A stretch of 59,395 nt of DNA, the filler included, from Platydemus manokwari (lineage: Eukaryota), in NCBI GenBank assembly GCA_037951405.1. It is 4 parts of 4 records of this genome, joined end to end, with 100 filler letters (N's around TTAATTAATTAA, not from the genome) between each part and the next. Parts side by side here need not be neighbours in the genome. Positions count along the whole stretch, not along the records: positions 36,887 to 48,741 come from JBBMOY010427777.1; positions 48,842 to 59,395 come from JBBMOY011124663.1; 2 more parts are not named here. One strand, written 5' to 3'. The notes under the pieces are model-generated. The model was not told the DNA's origin. It did no database searches and saw only the letters and a program-made list of their open reading frames with translations. Below are positions 40,374-54,695 of the stretch, in pieces (the stretch's first letter is position 1; every line of letters starts with the position of its first letter). Position numbers and translations under genes: made by a program.

Positions 40374-41482
40374 GGCTTAAGTTAAGAAAAGGGTCCTTTG
40401 GCACAATTTTAATGTAATAACTTTTCGTGAATTATTTAATATTAAAATTTATCTGTAATCATATTTTAATGAAATATTTACATAAAATTCAATTTTAGAT
40501 TAAAAAGGTAAACGACTCTAGCAATCATTATATATTATGGATCATCGTTCCACAAACCTATTATTCATTAAAAGTGTCATTTTAAATATAAAATTTATAT
40601 TTAACTTGTATTTATTGCTTCAAGAGTCGCTGTGCTTCGTTTTCGGAATAGAATTAAGAAGTATTTCCTTCTTGCTATATCTCTCCAGTCTTTCAACAAC
40701 TCAAATATCATGTCTTCGATGTCCGCTTTTATATATGACCCCTTCAAAATAAGCCTCATACATTTCTATGGCGCTTTTTATTCATAGGTGCGAAATCTAC
40801 AAATTTTGTACCTTAATAAATAATTTTAAATTATTAGTTATATTTTAATAAAAATTGTCACTATTTGTTGATTGTTAGTTTTCTTATCGAGGTCATTTTA
40901 CTAATACACTTTTTGTGTGAGGCGCGTGCAAGACAAATAGCTTATTCAGAATATCAGAAAGGAACAAGGCTGATTTTATTGAACCCCATTGATCCCTATT
41001 TGAATTCCGGAACTTGTTATTTATTTGTGCCTTCTCCATCTGTACGATCTATTTAATTTGAATGAAATTTTAGATCTATTAAATAGATATTAATATACTT
41101 ATTTTGAGATCAAATGCCTGTACCTAGTTCCTGGTATTAGTCAATTATTTCAAAATCACTTTTTTTATAAAACAACTCTAAAAATCTTAGATATCTTTCC
41201 ATTTACTTCTAATGTTATAAAAGGTCCCCTCGCTAATTTTCAACTAATCGCATTTTGACCTGCTTTGACTCGTTTTACAAATAATTTATTTTTATTAGTT
41301 TTTAAAAATCCACCGTATATAATATTTGATTATAAACAACTAAAATTTTAGTCAAATACTTAAATAAAAAATTCAAAATGTTTTTAAAGAACTTAATTAA
41401 ATAAACTATATAAATTTTTGCAATACGCTCCAAAAATTTTAAATTTTATTTTAAGATCCATTTTTCAATTTTAACCTTAGCC
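40374..41482. mobile_element. Family D TIR element, ~1.1 kb
   Basis: Starts ggcttaagttaagaaaagggtcctttg and ends ttttaaccttagcc; last ~300 bp match the reverse complement of 13904-14190; no clear TSD. Confidence 0.75.
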
Positions 41483-42598
41483 TTAAGTCTTTTGTGTGAC
41501 CAATCTTTTATGGCCGTTATTTCTATCCCTGTTTTATCTTTTTGGTGTTGATCCCACCGCGCATTGTTAATAGGCTACTCGTTAGGTAAGATTCGGAGTG
41601 TTTAGTGTGTAGTCATGTTCATTTTTTCCTATTTAAGTCATCTTTGATTCGCTAGTTAACCTGTATGATTGTGTAGGTATGCATATATTTAAATTGCCAA
41701 ATTAAGGGTTTCGATCTTTTGTGTGATTTCATATTTACTGGACAATTTTAGCATAAAATTGCTTCCTTTTTTATTATTTGGTTTGGTACTATTTTTTGAT
41801 ATTTTATTTTTGTTAAAGCTTACACTAGTTACTAACGGTACAAAAACAACATAATCTACACTTGTAGCTGAAATCTTTTATTGCCTGTTGATCCAGCTAT
41901 CTCAAATATTTAATTAATTTTTTATCTATAATTACCTATTATTAATTTTTAGATTATATGAACACGATGTTTATCTGCTAACACTTAATAATATAATGAT
42001 GTAAAAAGAAAGTAGGGAACTTTTTAAAGTTGGTTTATTAATTTATTTTTCTTTAACAATATTTGAAATGAAACATAAATGTTATTCACAGATCAAAATA
42101 TTTCCTCATTAAGGATTCCAGTGAATCTCCAAAACTGAAATCTACTTAATTAATCGAGTTGACCACTAAAATAAAATTTAAAAATAAATACAGTTCTAAA
42201 TTATGAACAATTGGATATAACCTATTTAAAACACATATCGTGAATCAAATTATGAAAAATCTGGAGAGATATTAAGATCGGTTGCTTTGTTGAAATTATG
42301 AGAAATAAAATGAGAATTAAAGACAACTATCATATAATAATTTGCAAAAGGAATTAAAACAAATATTAAGAGATACCTTGTGATTTGACTTGTACTTTAT
42401 CAAGAGATTCGGCACATATCAGTAAGCATGTTGAATTGAATGCGTTAATTAAAGATTCACTCTGGCATCGATGTCTTAAAATGACTTCGAAAAATAAAAA
42501 AAAATCGGATGAATTAGACTGAAAATTCTTGACACCATGGCGTCAGTCATCATAATATTCAAGTATCGCACTAAATTGAAAGGATATATTCAATAATG

Positions 42599-43609
42599 AC
42601 CCTAAGTTAAGAAAAATGGTCCTTTGATGGAATTTCATTATGGTGAATTTTCGGCCAATGATTTGATTATACTATTATTTCGGTATGTTTTTCCCAAATG
42701 TTTTTTTGAAAAATTTCTATTATAGTGGAAAATTCTATTTCATTTGTTCTTCATTAGTCTTTGTATAAATTTCGCGGTTTTCCGGACTGATGATGCAATT
42801 TCATAACCTTAACTTGGAAGGAAATTTTAAGATGTCCAATAAAACCTGATACTACAGCCTAAACCATCTTAAATAAAAAAATAATAATGAAATTATTAAT
42901 CTTATCTGTACCTTATAATTGTTACTTTTTGACTTGTCACACTAGACTAGATATAGAAATCAGTATCGGTATCGACAAATTTTGTATTTTAATAGATTAT
43001 TTAAAATCTCTAGTTTTCATTTTATAAAATTTCTAATCATTTTGTGTAAAATGAATCAGTCATATGATTCTAAACTCTTTGAGTGGTCACTGTGTAAGTC
43101 AAAATGTGTAGGATGATGAATTCGGAAAAAAAGAAAACTAAACAACATTTTTACTTTTATGGCATTGCTATCTATATGATTCTTTGAATTTCAAGAAATC
43201 TTTCCTGTGTGTTCAAATTATTAATTAAAAAATATATGTTTATTTTGATTGTGAATTAACTTACCGAACTCCTATCTCGTTTAATAATATAATATTGATT
43301 GCTCTTTTATAAATAATTGTCAAAATTGAAGTATCCCCAACTTTCTTTTAATGTAAAATAGGGTCATCACTGAATTTCGATAAATTACAATTTGACCTAC
43401 TTTGACACTGTTTTCAAATATGTTTTCTCTGAGATTATAAAATTCAAATTTATTTAATTTTTAATTTAAAACTACTTAAATTCTTTTCAGATACTTAAAT
43501 CAAAAATTCAAAATATTTAAATGAATAAAATCTTCGAGCTATATAGGTTTTTGCAACACGCTTACTGGATTAATAATTTTATTTAGGGACTATTCATTTT
43601 ACTTTAGCC
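42599..43609. mobile_element. Family D TIR element, ~1.0 kb
   Basis: Starts ..cctaagttaagaaaaatggtcctttg and ends ttttactttagcc; flanked by caataat(g)/caataat(t); shares the tttgacct.ctttgac...atacttaaat.aaaaattcaaaat block with the 40374 copy. Confidence 0.75.
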
Positions 43610-43902
43610 CAATAATTTCCTATCATAAATTCAAATTATTAAACATAAAATCTTATAAAAATTATTTAAAATAACTTTTCATTTTTGAATTTCATTTGAA
43701 AAATGTTTGGAGCAAATCTTTTGTATTAAATACACAATTTATTAATTCCCATGTATATTGCTTTATTTTTAAAAATGTAATTCATTAAAATAAAAGTCTT
43801 GCATTCCTCTTCGTTGATATGGTAACCAATTTAGGCCAGCTAAGAAATTTAGATACATCGTACTACACGTGACTTGTTTTATTGTATCTTTATGAGCATA
43901 TT

Positions 43903-46900
43903 ATGAAAATAATATTAAGTTTATTATTAATACTAAATCTCGGAATTCGAGGTTTGAAAATTAACAGATTAAACCAAATATTGACAGTTAACAACTTTGA
44001 TACTTGTATGTTAGGAAAGAAGCACAAATTGTCGCCATCTCCTGAACCCGCACTGAAAGGAACGGTTTGTATTTCTGTTTATCAATATTTAATTATCAAT
44101 TTTGTTCAGTGTGAAAAATGGAAAACAAATAGCTGCTGTTATCATAATGTTTCGGATGAAATTCACCATGATGGACTTCCTTATGGTTTTTCATATAATC
44201 ATTGTGATGGTCATCGGTTTTCAGATAAATGTTTAAGTCATTTTTTGGATGAATTATGTTTCTATGAATGTTCCCCAAATTTGGGTCCGTGGCTTGTTAA
44301 AGTTTGTTTATTAATGATTAGGGTTTAAATATTATTTTAAAGTTGTGTTTATCATTAAAATGATCAATTTTCAAAGCAATTAATTGATATTTATAAATGG
44401 TTTTATAAATAGCCGATTTGTTGACCAATTAATTGTGTATAATTTGATAATAACTTGACCTCGTTTTCTGGATTTTAGTTATAAATAATCGATAAAATAT
44501 AGTATTCGTCAAGCAATTGAATAACATTGTAAATGGTTTCATAATGCCTCTATAAATAATGTAATTTTTAAAATAATATTATGGCGAATTATGAATGTCA
44601 AGCCGAATTAGGTTTAAGCAACTTTTGTTAAAGGTCATAATTCTCATAATCAAATGAAATAATATTATCAATATAATGATAATATATTATTAATATAAAG
44701 ATCGTATGTTTTATAATTTTGGAATGATATTTGTAAAAATCCAATTTGGATTTTGAGCTATTCATTAAATCTGAGAATTGAAAATATTTTCATTTAAAGA
44801 TGATGCTTTATTGATATTAATTATTAAAGAATTTAGATTAATTGTTAAAGGCCGGAGAGCATCTTAAACCCAATATCAAATAATAGATATTGTTTATAAT
44901 TAAATTTTATTTTAATGAAATCGACTTGATAAATTAAATTTTATTAATTTTGATTGTGTTTTGATTATAAAATCTTGAATTTATTGCTTGGATTTTGCTG
45001 AATATCTTGCGATTGATCATCAGGAACTCAGATAATTGTGTGGAGATTATTATTAATTTTAATATTTTGACAATGGCACTTGATTTGATTTATCTGGAAT
45101 CTTTTATTATGTGCTACTCAACATAATATTTTCTAGTTTTCAAGTATTTTTTGTCAATAAAAGATTTTAACACGTTGACGGACAGTTGCGTCTATAACCG
45201 TCAATTTCGAACTTCATTTGTTCCTCCTGTCCGTCAATGTGTTAATAACAATTGTAAAAAAATTTGTACTTAATTTTTATTATGATATTGTTATAAAAAC
45301 ACCAGCAAATATTAAAATTTGATATAATACAAACAGGTTTCCCCCGTTCATAAATTATTTTATTCAATATTTCCTTTTTTTCGTTTTTGCAAAGAAAAAT
45401 TTCGATTGTGTCGCTAATTACAATGTGTAGTTATAAATTATTTGTATTCATCAGTAGTTTCTTTGGTACATGATTATTTTTATCAAGGTGTCTGGAATGA
45501 AAATACGAGAAGAACGATTTTTCAAAGCACCTTTATGCCAATCAGAATGTGATAAATGGTGGAATGATTGTCAGAATGATTACACATGTGTTGCTAATTG
45601 GAGTTCTGGATTTGTGTGGAAAAAAGGTTAATTAATGATCGATTCTTATTTAATAAACACATGGAATAAGACTAAATTAATTTGAAAATTTTAGATTTTA
45701 TGGTATTCTGTGTTCATCATAAAATACAATAATATTAAACAAGGCCATCTACAGTATTAATGAGCCGTTAAAAACAATTCTCAATTGAGATTTTCTAATC
45801 AATTTCATTATACTTAACACCAAATATATAATCATAGTGAGATTATGCACAAATTCTATAAACCAAGAATAAGTCATTCAAATCTAAAATCATTAAGGTG
45901 TTTTGAATAACTGATAAAAAACAAAAAAAACTCAATACAGTTCTATAAATATAATACTGTAAAATGTACTGAACCTGCAATATTGAAATTGATGGCGTGA
46001 ACGTTCTTTTAGTAGAATAAGCTGTGAGTGATATATGGAAGGCATTTAACCTTAGTAAGGAGATCGTTGTAATCTAATAATCTTAATCTTTTGAGGCTAA
46101 AAAATAATTTATAAATTTTACTCTAAAATATTATTTCTTTAACTTTTGCAATAGATGTACAAGTCCTTTTAATGTTTTCAATTTTTATAAAGCTTGTTCA
46201 CATCTTTGTAAGTAATAGCAGATGTCGATTTGGCTGATTAAGTAGTGATTTAATGATTGATTTTTTTCAATAATTATTGAACCATGTCTTTTTTAGTAAT
46301 ATTGGATTAATGCTTTTAATTTTATTCACATATATTGATTTTTATGCTATCTCGAAACGTATCACAATATTTATGTTCATATAAGTTTTTTAATTAAATA
46401 ATCGATAAAGTAAAATTTTGATAAATGAAGTTGATTTAAAAATGCATAATTTTTTGTCAGGAAACTTAATAATTTATAAAGATACGAAGTTATAATAGTT
46501 GTCAAACATTGATAATAAAGTAATTATTGATTTTATATTTTTGGTATTACTAAAATAATTTTATCCTATTAAGTATAGAAAGCTTATTTTATGGTAATAT
46601 TATAAGTGTTGGGGAAATTTTTCAATATATCGCTGTAATTCAGCCAAAAATGAAAGAAGCTTTAATATCGTGGCTTCACATGAAGCTTAAATCAAACTAG
46701 AGACATTTTATTATTACGGACAATGCTTCACTAACGCTACAGTGTCTCATTAAGAATCGGTGCAGTCAGCACAATGTCACCCATTCTAGAACTCATTTGA
46801 TACGGTTGGAAGTGTGTCCAAATCATATAATCCAGACTATTTAATAATAATAAATTAATCCATTCATTTTTCTGAGTCATTTTCCAAATTGTATTTAATA

Positions 46901-47770
46901 CGTTAAACTCCAAGTAATACCACTTATATATCCTCAGATTAAGTAAGAACACTTGAATTGTAATAAAATTATTAAATATAAGGTTTTACACATCTATCCC
47001 TAAAGACAGACTTTCAGGCTTAAAAAAGTCAATTGATTGCAACACGATTTTTAAGTCTGTATATTTTCATAGTCATCTTAGTTGTACTAGCTTTTAACTT
47101 ATATTATTTTTGATTATCATAAATACTATGAATGCACCTAATAGTTATCCGACCTAGTTAAATCATTTAGTGATTATTATATAATGATTATTATATTAAC
47201 AGTTATTGTAATCGGATACTTTTACACAACGAATTTCTGTTAAACACATTAATGCTTATTTACTTAGAATCAATAATGACTATAAATTCTCTTAATTTGC
47301 GCCGGTGAAATCCTATATTTTGCTCGTCGTTGTAAAAAGCTTCTTACTTCAATAACTTAAGAGTTTTTTCTATTATTTTTTTATTATATAATAACTCGAC
47401 TACAATTTCACTTATCAACATCAAAAGATGCAATGCTTAACAAATAATTCAGATTTTCAAATAGCTTATATTTATAGGTAGAAATGTTTGTCCGAAAAAC
47501 CGTCCATGTAAACGTTTTTCACAAATATTTGGTCATGCTAATTATTTTTGTGAATCAATATGGGATCAGTCTTGGAAAGTAGTTCAAGAAAATGAACATT
47601 GTTTCACTATCGGATTAAACAACAGTCTAAATATGAAGGCTAATGCTAGAGTTTCATATTATCAAGCTAATAAAATAATAAACCAAATGTACATAGGTAC
47701 ATCATTCATTTGCTCATTAAATTTGTTTTATATTTCAATAAATTTTCTAATCGTATATGTTTTGAATTGA
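43903..47770 (+). CDS. FOLR: Folate receptor family protein (FOLR/riboflavin-binding/Juno fold), 261 aa, probable signal peptide and GPI tail
   Basis: Exons 43903-44064, 44110-44301, 45488-45626, 47478-47770 splice in frame. Hallmarks: HKxxPxPE, W...SCC, LCFYECSPNLGPW, PLCQSECDKWWNDC...TC..NW..G..W, FCESIWDQSW; 16 domain cysteines; hydrophobic C-terminus. Confidence 0.95.
45171..45241. mobile_element. 71-bp piggyBac-type MITE in folate receptor intron 2
   Basis: TTAA on both sides; 15-bp TIR cacgttgacggacag / ctgtccgtcaatgtg (1 mismatch). Confidence 0.8.
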
Positions 47771-48741
47771 TGTCAGATATTTATGTGATTTGGCTCACAA
47801 AGCTCAATAAATTGTTTCTCAGTGTTTTTATTTTTGTTTTATTATATTATACATGTGTTGATCATTATGGCATAGCTGTTTGCATTTTGAAGATAATAAT
47901 AATTAACATTTTTGATAATTTGTCCCAGTAGCACTCCGAACTTTGTATGAAAACTCAGTTGGGTGCAAGTAACCATTTTGTGATAAACGATCGATCATGA
48001 GCATGGTTACAATAATGTGGATATGTGCGAAATGTAATTAAAAAATATTAAAAAAGCAATAACCAAATCCACAAGAAAGTACTTTGAAAATACCCTTGAA
48101 GGTATGAAAATTAAAATACATGGTTGCACTGTACATTCTAGTAACCCATTGAAACAAATATTGGAAAAAAAGAACTTTTATTTGGATATATGTGTCTTCT
48201 AACTCAATATCTTCACATCTTTTTGACTTTTATACTTTATCATTCCGTTTTTAGTCAAGTATTTTTCAAACGCACCTCAGAAAATCAATTAAATCACAAA
48301 AATAATTCCAAATTATGTTCTAGACACATTTTATTTGGACTATCAATTTTTCTTTAACTTTTAGTTACGCATGGGTTTCTTTGTGAATGCTTGGTTTACT
48401 TTAGTTATTTTGCAATTTAAATAAATATTGATTGTTACTTTTGCTAATAATATGTTGTTGAGGTTAAATAAAAACATATTTTTGTTACGTTTGCTTCTTT
48501 GTGGTAATTTGCTTTATCAATATAATTGACTTATAGTTGAATGAGGATTTCATGTTATGTAGCTATTAATGACTTAATCTGCCTCTGGATTTTTGTTATA
48601 TAACAATATGTATGATATATAACAATACAGTTACGTTCAGACCTTGTTGATTTCATTGTTTTATTAATTTTATTTCCATTTGTATCACTACTATCTTAAT
48701 AAGTTTCTATGAGTTCTCGATTAAGGCTACCTAGCAAATAA

Positions 48742-48841
48742 NNNNNNNNNNNNNNNNNNNNNNNNNNNNNNNNNNNNNNNNNNNNTTAATTAATTAANNN
48801 NNNNNNNNNNNNNNNNNNNNNNNNNNNNNNNNNNNNNNNNN
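48742..48841. other. Artificial contig-joining spacer
   Basis: 44 N + TTAATTAATTAA + 44 N. Confidence 0.98.
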
Positions 48842-50059
48842 TATCATGAATGATAGTCATCAGAATAGTAATAATAAACCAATGAATTAATAGCTGATAC
48901 ATGTCTCATGACCTCTATTATCGGCATTATTATATAATATTTTGTCAGTGGTGATGAAAATATTATTTCATCTTCAAAGCAAACTAATATGCTACTCAAA
49001 ACTAACTCGTAGAATTTTTGCTGTAAATCATTACAAAACAGGACTTTGTATAAATGTAATATGTAAGCCATTTCTATTATGTTTTTACGAATTTCTAGAG
49101 TTGTTTATAAAAATAATAAAAAAAAATTTGGATCTTAGTTTTTGAATAGATTGACTAAGTAACTCACCTCAATTTATGATTGATACCATTAAATTATTTT
49201 TTGCCTTCTATCACTAAAATTATAAAATTTAATGACAATTTAAATTTGGCTTAACAAGTATCAATGGATGCTGCACATTTTGCTCTAAATATAATAATCG
49301 ATAACTCTCACTAATGATGAAGACAAATATATTAATATTACAGGAGATGAATAATTCATCAAGTTCAAAGAACAATTATATGGTGAATTTTATATATAGC
49401 AGTTAATAACTTAGCTTAGTTTCTCCAATTGACGAAAAATTCCCGACAATTCTGTTTAAAAGCATTAGCCTTAAAAAAACTTACTAAAAAAACAAACTTA
49501 AAAAAAATCAAAAGATCCCAAGCAACAGTCAACAGTTTATGAGATCCCGACAAACTTATTAATATATTCTCTAAGTAACGTTAAACATTAGAAAAAATAT
49601 TCTATTAAAAACACATAAATGGAAATGAGGACTTGTGCTGTCGAGTTGTGAAGCTTTCCAATCTCTGTTAAATAAATATCACATTCTTTTACTTTGGTGT
49701 TCTAATAAATGAAAAATATTTTACTGTTACCAAATTTTATAAATATTAGAAAGTAATGAAGGCAGGAGATGAAAATTATATTGATCAGTGAGAAACATGA
49801 CAGATGTAATAAATAAAGTTATGATGGTTTGATTGTAAAGGTATTTTAAAAACTGTAAATGTAATACATTGGTAACTGATAATGTCCTGTATTCGATGTC
49901 ATTTATTGATTTTTCCAAGTAATTCAGTATGCAAATTCGGAAGAGAAGAAACTGATCCCCAATTTCAGTAGAAATTCCTCAACACCCCTTGGGGATATAC
50001 GAGAAGCACAGGTCTAGAAATCAGTTATTTTAATTTTCTACAATGAAACGATAAACTCA

Positions 50060-50260
50060 ACGGACACAAAAGTATTGGAGACTTCGCAATGAAAACATAG
50101 GATTATTCGGAGGACATCACACCCACTAACAGGCCGGTCTCTGCTAGAAACTCTTCTGTGATCCAGCGTATCCAGCTTATGAATGGACATGCGCATGGCT
50201 ATGATCACTCCGACAGTGAAAAGCTGAAATCCTTTGGAAATCTCAACACAAAGTAAATTC
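50060..50260 (+). mobile_element. Possible LTR-retrotransposon integrase fragment
   Basis: IRRTSHPLTGRSLLETLL resembles the YRxTPHxxTGxSPAELL integrase motif; stops nearby. Confidence 0.4.
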
Positions 50261-50539
50261 AAGAAAACATTCACTAAAACCTATGATCACGAATAATAAT
50301 TCACCTCATTATTACTCCAATCAGCATTCAATAATCAGATAGGTTCATAACACTACCATTGAGAGCGCACCTCAAAATACTAATGATAATAACAAAAACA
50401 AATATCCAGAAATTGTTCCCATCATTGATCGGCGACCAATCTTAAGTAAAAAATAAAAATAAAAAAAAAACAAAAATTATAATAAGCATGTAAATAACGA
50501 CCACTCAAAAAATATTGCATATACAAATATATTGGTTTC

Positions 50540-51347
50540 TTGTTGTCGCGTAGGTGGTTTATTATTTGAACTCAAATCGGACTCCAAACAATCTGTTGTG
50601 TTTCGCGTGAAGCGATAGTGTGAATATAGGTTGCGATTTATAAATAAATACAAGAATAAAGCAAAATAACCTGAAAATGTATAATTAGAACTATTTAATA
50701 ATAACAACGGATAACAAATAGGACAATAGATTATAGATAGCAAAACAATCACAATGTGGTATGTGAAGACAAAGCTGGTGATGTGTTTTGTTACTTAACT
50801 AGGTAGGCAGATTCACGATACGGGGTTAGCAGTATAATGAATAAAAACTATAGTAAAAATGTAGGAGAAAACGAAGGTAAATTTACTTAGTCTCGAATCT
50901 GTCGACACGATACGAAATGACTACACGATTCGATTTATACCTCAAATAGATGAAACTTTGCTTGAAGATGTAGTTTCTGGGTAGTTGCTGAACCCCGATT
51001 CAGTAGCTTTGCAGTCTAGCGGTAATGAGCACTTGCTTAATGGAGATCTGGATGTTTAATTTCCTGATTTTCAGTCGTTCGTAGCAGTTCACTTTTTTGG
51101 TGATTTTCTCTAACTATCGTTGTTCTTATATACTGTTTTTCGTTATTTTCTAGGCCAATCGTGAATTTTTGATTTTTATATTGACGTTATCCTATTTTTA
51201 GTCGCTTATGAATTTTATTCTAAATAAGAAATTTTAAAATTCTGTTTTTACTTTTTTGTCTATGTTTATGATTACGACATTTTATTTATAGAATTTAGTT
51301 ATTTTATATTTTATGGGCGTGATTATTTGATGTGGATTTGGATCCTA
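50540..51347 (+). repeat. Dispersed repeat family E, copy 2
   Basis: Colinear match to the reverse complement of 17877-18700. Confidence 0.8.
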
Positions 51348-53149
51348 ATTAATATAAATGTGCAAATCAACACTATCCTTCATAACAAAAGTAATGTAAA
51401 TAATCCTATAGACTCTGAGACTATCTTAACAACAAAAACAACAACATTGCCTTTGGCACAGTGTACATTTTTAAATTGCAAAGTTAACGATTCTCTTTTT
51501 TCGCAATCAGTTAATTATATCGGCACACTACACTGTAGTTGCTCAAATTGCCAATTCAGAAATGAACAACAACACAAAAATCTTTTAACTCCTTATGTAT
51601 AGAAACAAAAGATAAATGCTAGTACACTAATGCTAGCTTAAAAAAGAGAAATCGAAAAACAAGAGCAATGATAAGTTTTCTAAAATGCGCCTGTAAAATA
51701 TGCATAGATAAATATTCACAAGCTTTCCTGGGTCTCCAAATTTTCAGACCGCCTGTAGCAAAAACACAGATAAATTCAATAGAAAATTATGCACAAAAGG
51801 AGAATAACTCCTGGTAGCATAAAACTGAGGCCAGGAAATAAAATAAACATATATAGACCTATGCTACAGGACCGCTTTTAACCTCCTAAAACAATTAAAT
51901 TGTGGGCTCAGAAAATGTCTGCAGATCTTTCGAGGAAATATTTCGCTCTGTCTTGGTTTAGATAAAATCAACGATATGCCCTGAATATGCATAAAATTTT
52001 TATAAACAAGAATGTGATGACTAGCCTATCAAAAAAGAAGAAATGTACCTTAAATGCACAACCAACCTCTGGGCTCTTTTACTTTACCGTTGCGTAGCTT
52101 GTCGTCCCTTGTTCCTTTCTTCTTTTTATAAATCTGCAAACAAATCTACGTATTTCTTTAAACTTTTTGGCGTCCTTCCAAATTCCGAAAATGAATATAA
52201 AGAAACTTCTTCATCTCCTATCCAAACCTCTTTTGTAATAAATCCTTTCTTACAAAACTCTATTAATAGTCTGTATGAAACTGTGAATATCTCAAACCCT
52301 GATATGGTAAATATAGATACTCACAAATGTCCTACTCTAATAATTGACTTATCGCCCCTATACTGTTTTTCAAAACCTTATTGACCGATATAATGTAGAT
52401 CTTGGTGCTACACCTTCAAGCCCCTCTCCTATAATTTTTTCCTTCTCTCCTTATCCAGATGCTTTCAACTATCCAAATGTAAATCTCGATGTCATCTTCT
52501 CATATCTTAATAGCTATGACCCTGATAATGTTGTTCTTCAAGCTCCCACTTCCAATCAATCTTCTCCTATGATAAACATTTATGTAAATCGACCCCCTCC
52601 TAACTACATTGATCTTTCAGATGATAACTCCTCTGTAATAGACTCTAATCTTCTTCCAAAGCCATCTCATTATTTATTTTCAAACATATATACTTAATCT
52701 CAAATCCCAATAATTTCTCCAACAATTCCTGTTATTCTCGAGACAAAACTTTTTGTTGGCTCTCCAAATTCAAGTGCTAGCTTTATTATGTTATTAATCT
52801 GATATCTTTGATGCAATTATTGTCCTAAAAATATCTCTTTCCTTTCAAGACTATCAATTATATTCAAAAACATTGAAACAAACATAATAAATTCAAAGGT
52901 GAGACCTTTAAAATTGAATGTTTTTTGCTATTTTATCAGTGACCGCGTAACGGAAAAAAGTCATGTTGCAAAATATCAAACGGAAGTTCAAGGCAATAGC
53001 TCTATTGACAATAGCTCTTGCGAGTGAATGACTAAGTGGGCCAACCATTCAGAAATTTCTTAGGACAAAACTTTTATAGAACAAAGAAATTATTTCCACT
53101 TGACCATAATCTGCAATAGCACTGGCTTGTAAAGATTAGAAAACGTTCT

Positions 53150-54420
53150 ATTCTTGCTTCTCTTTTCAAAAACCTGAATGAAACCTTTAGGGCAGACTTA
53201 TTTAAGAGTTGTAATTTACACAGACGAATTATTTCAATATTTTCATGTATTACCAGGACTATTCCCAGAATTTTTTATAGTAATACGTTATATGAAGAAT
53301 GATGGAACTTTCGTTTTACAGAGTAAGTATTACATTAAGATTAAAGTGACTGAGGTACCTTTTGTTTCTAAAACACAAGTAGAATTTTTAAACTGTTAAG
53401 TGTCGGATTCGACGAAAGTAGAAACGGAGAATCAAAATAATAAACGAGTAATATTAGCAAATGATGTGATGTTTGGAGATAAGGATTGCTTTTTACAAGT
53501 TTTGGTTGTTGACGGAAATAGCAGGAAAGTGGATAGATTTTTAGAATATTCTTTTGCAGAAGATAAGGAAAACATAGTAAAGAGGGATTTAATAATAGCC
53601 GATCCGTTGCTTAAATCAAATAACGGATATGTTTTTGTAAGGTTGAAGCAAATGCCATGAAAAAGATTAATTCTGGAATGAATTTTGTTTAGGTTGAAGC
53701 GATGTATGAAATAAACTTAAAAGACATTGGGAATTTAGTTGAGTTGTATAATTTATGTGTTTCGAACGAAGAGAAATTCGACTAGATGAAATATTGAAAA
53801 ACAATGAGTAGAACTTAGATGATAAACTAAATTCTGAGGATAAGAATAATTTGATGAGGCTTCAATCGAAATACATGAATTGTTTTAGTACAGATCCAGA
53901 AGACTTAGAAAAATGCGAGATCTTGAAACATAGTATCAAAATCAACATCGACCAACCAATAACTGTCAAACCTCGTAGAATTCCATTAGGGTTAGAAGAA
54001 GAAGTTTAACATCTAATTGATGGAATGTTGCAATTAAACGTTGATCTTTAGATAATTTTTAGCATCTGTAAATTTTCAGAAGCTTATGAATGTCTTATTG
54101 AAAACTGAAATATGGGCAAGGTACGTAATTTATATAGATGATATTGTGATATTTGGAAGAACAGTCAATGAACACAATGGAAAAAGTTTGAATATAATCG
54201 ATGAAGCTGGTCTGAAAATGGCTCCAAAGAAATATTTTTACGACATGAGATAGACGAATATGGCATACGAACAGATGAAGAAAAGCTTAAGGTAAGAAAA
54301 ATTGGTTATAACCTCAATATGTTAAGAAATTACAGAAATTTCTGGGATTATGTGGTTATTACAGGCGGTTTATAAGGATTTAGCTGATATCCGCTACACC
54401 AATTACTAAAGAAAAAGACT
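53150..54420 (+). mobile_element. Degenerate Ty3/gypsy pol (protease-RT region), internally deleted
   Basis: KHSIKINIDQPITVKPRRIPLGLEEEV, IYIDDIVIFG (YIDD at 54131-54142), KLQKFLGLCGYYRRFI; stops and frameshifts; most of the RT N-half is absent. Confidence 0.88.
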
Positions 54421-54695
54421 AAATTTGAGTCGAAGAATTTAGCAAATAACGTTTCAGATTTGTCAATACATGTAAAATATACATGTGCAGATTACATATT
54501 GTAGTTGCCAATGAAATTGGAGATAAAACAATAAATAACTTTATATATTATTATATCAAATTATAGCCACAATTAATTATTGCATAACACTCGATCGGTA
54601 AATATCTTTCATGATGAATGAATGACACAGCACAATTATATGATTATAAATGAAATAAATATTTGAATAAAATCAATTCTTCTTCACCGAAACCT

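Noticed and set aside
52043-52697. Two plus-strand ORFs (113 and 117 aa)
   Set aside because: Pyrimidine-rich low complexity, probably antisense to a decayed gag-like sequence; no splice or motif support
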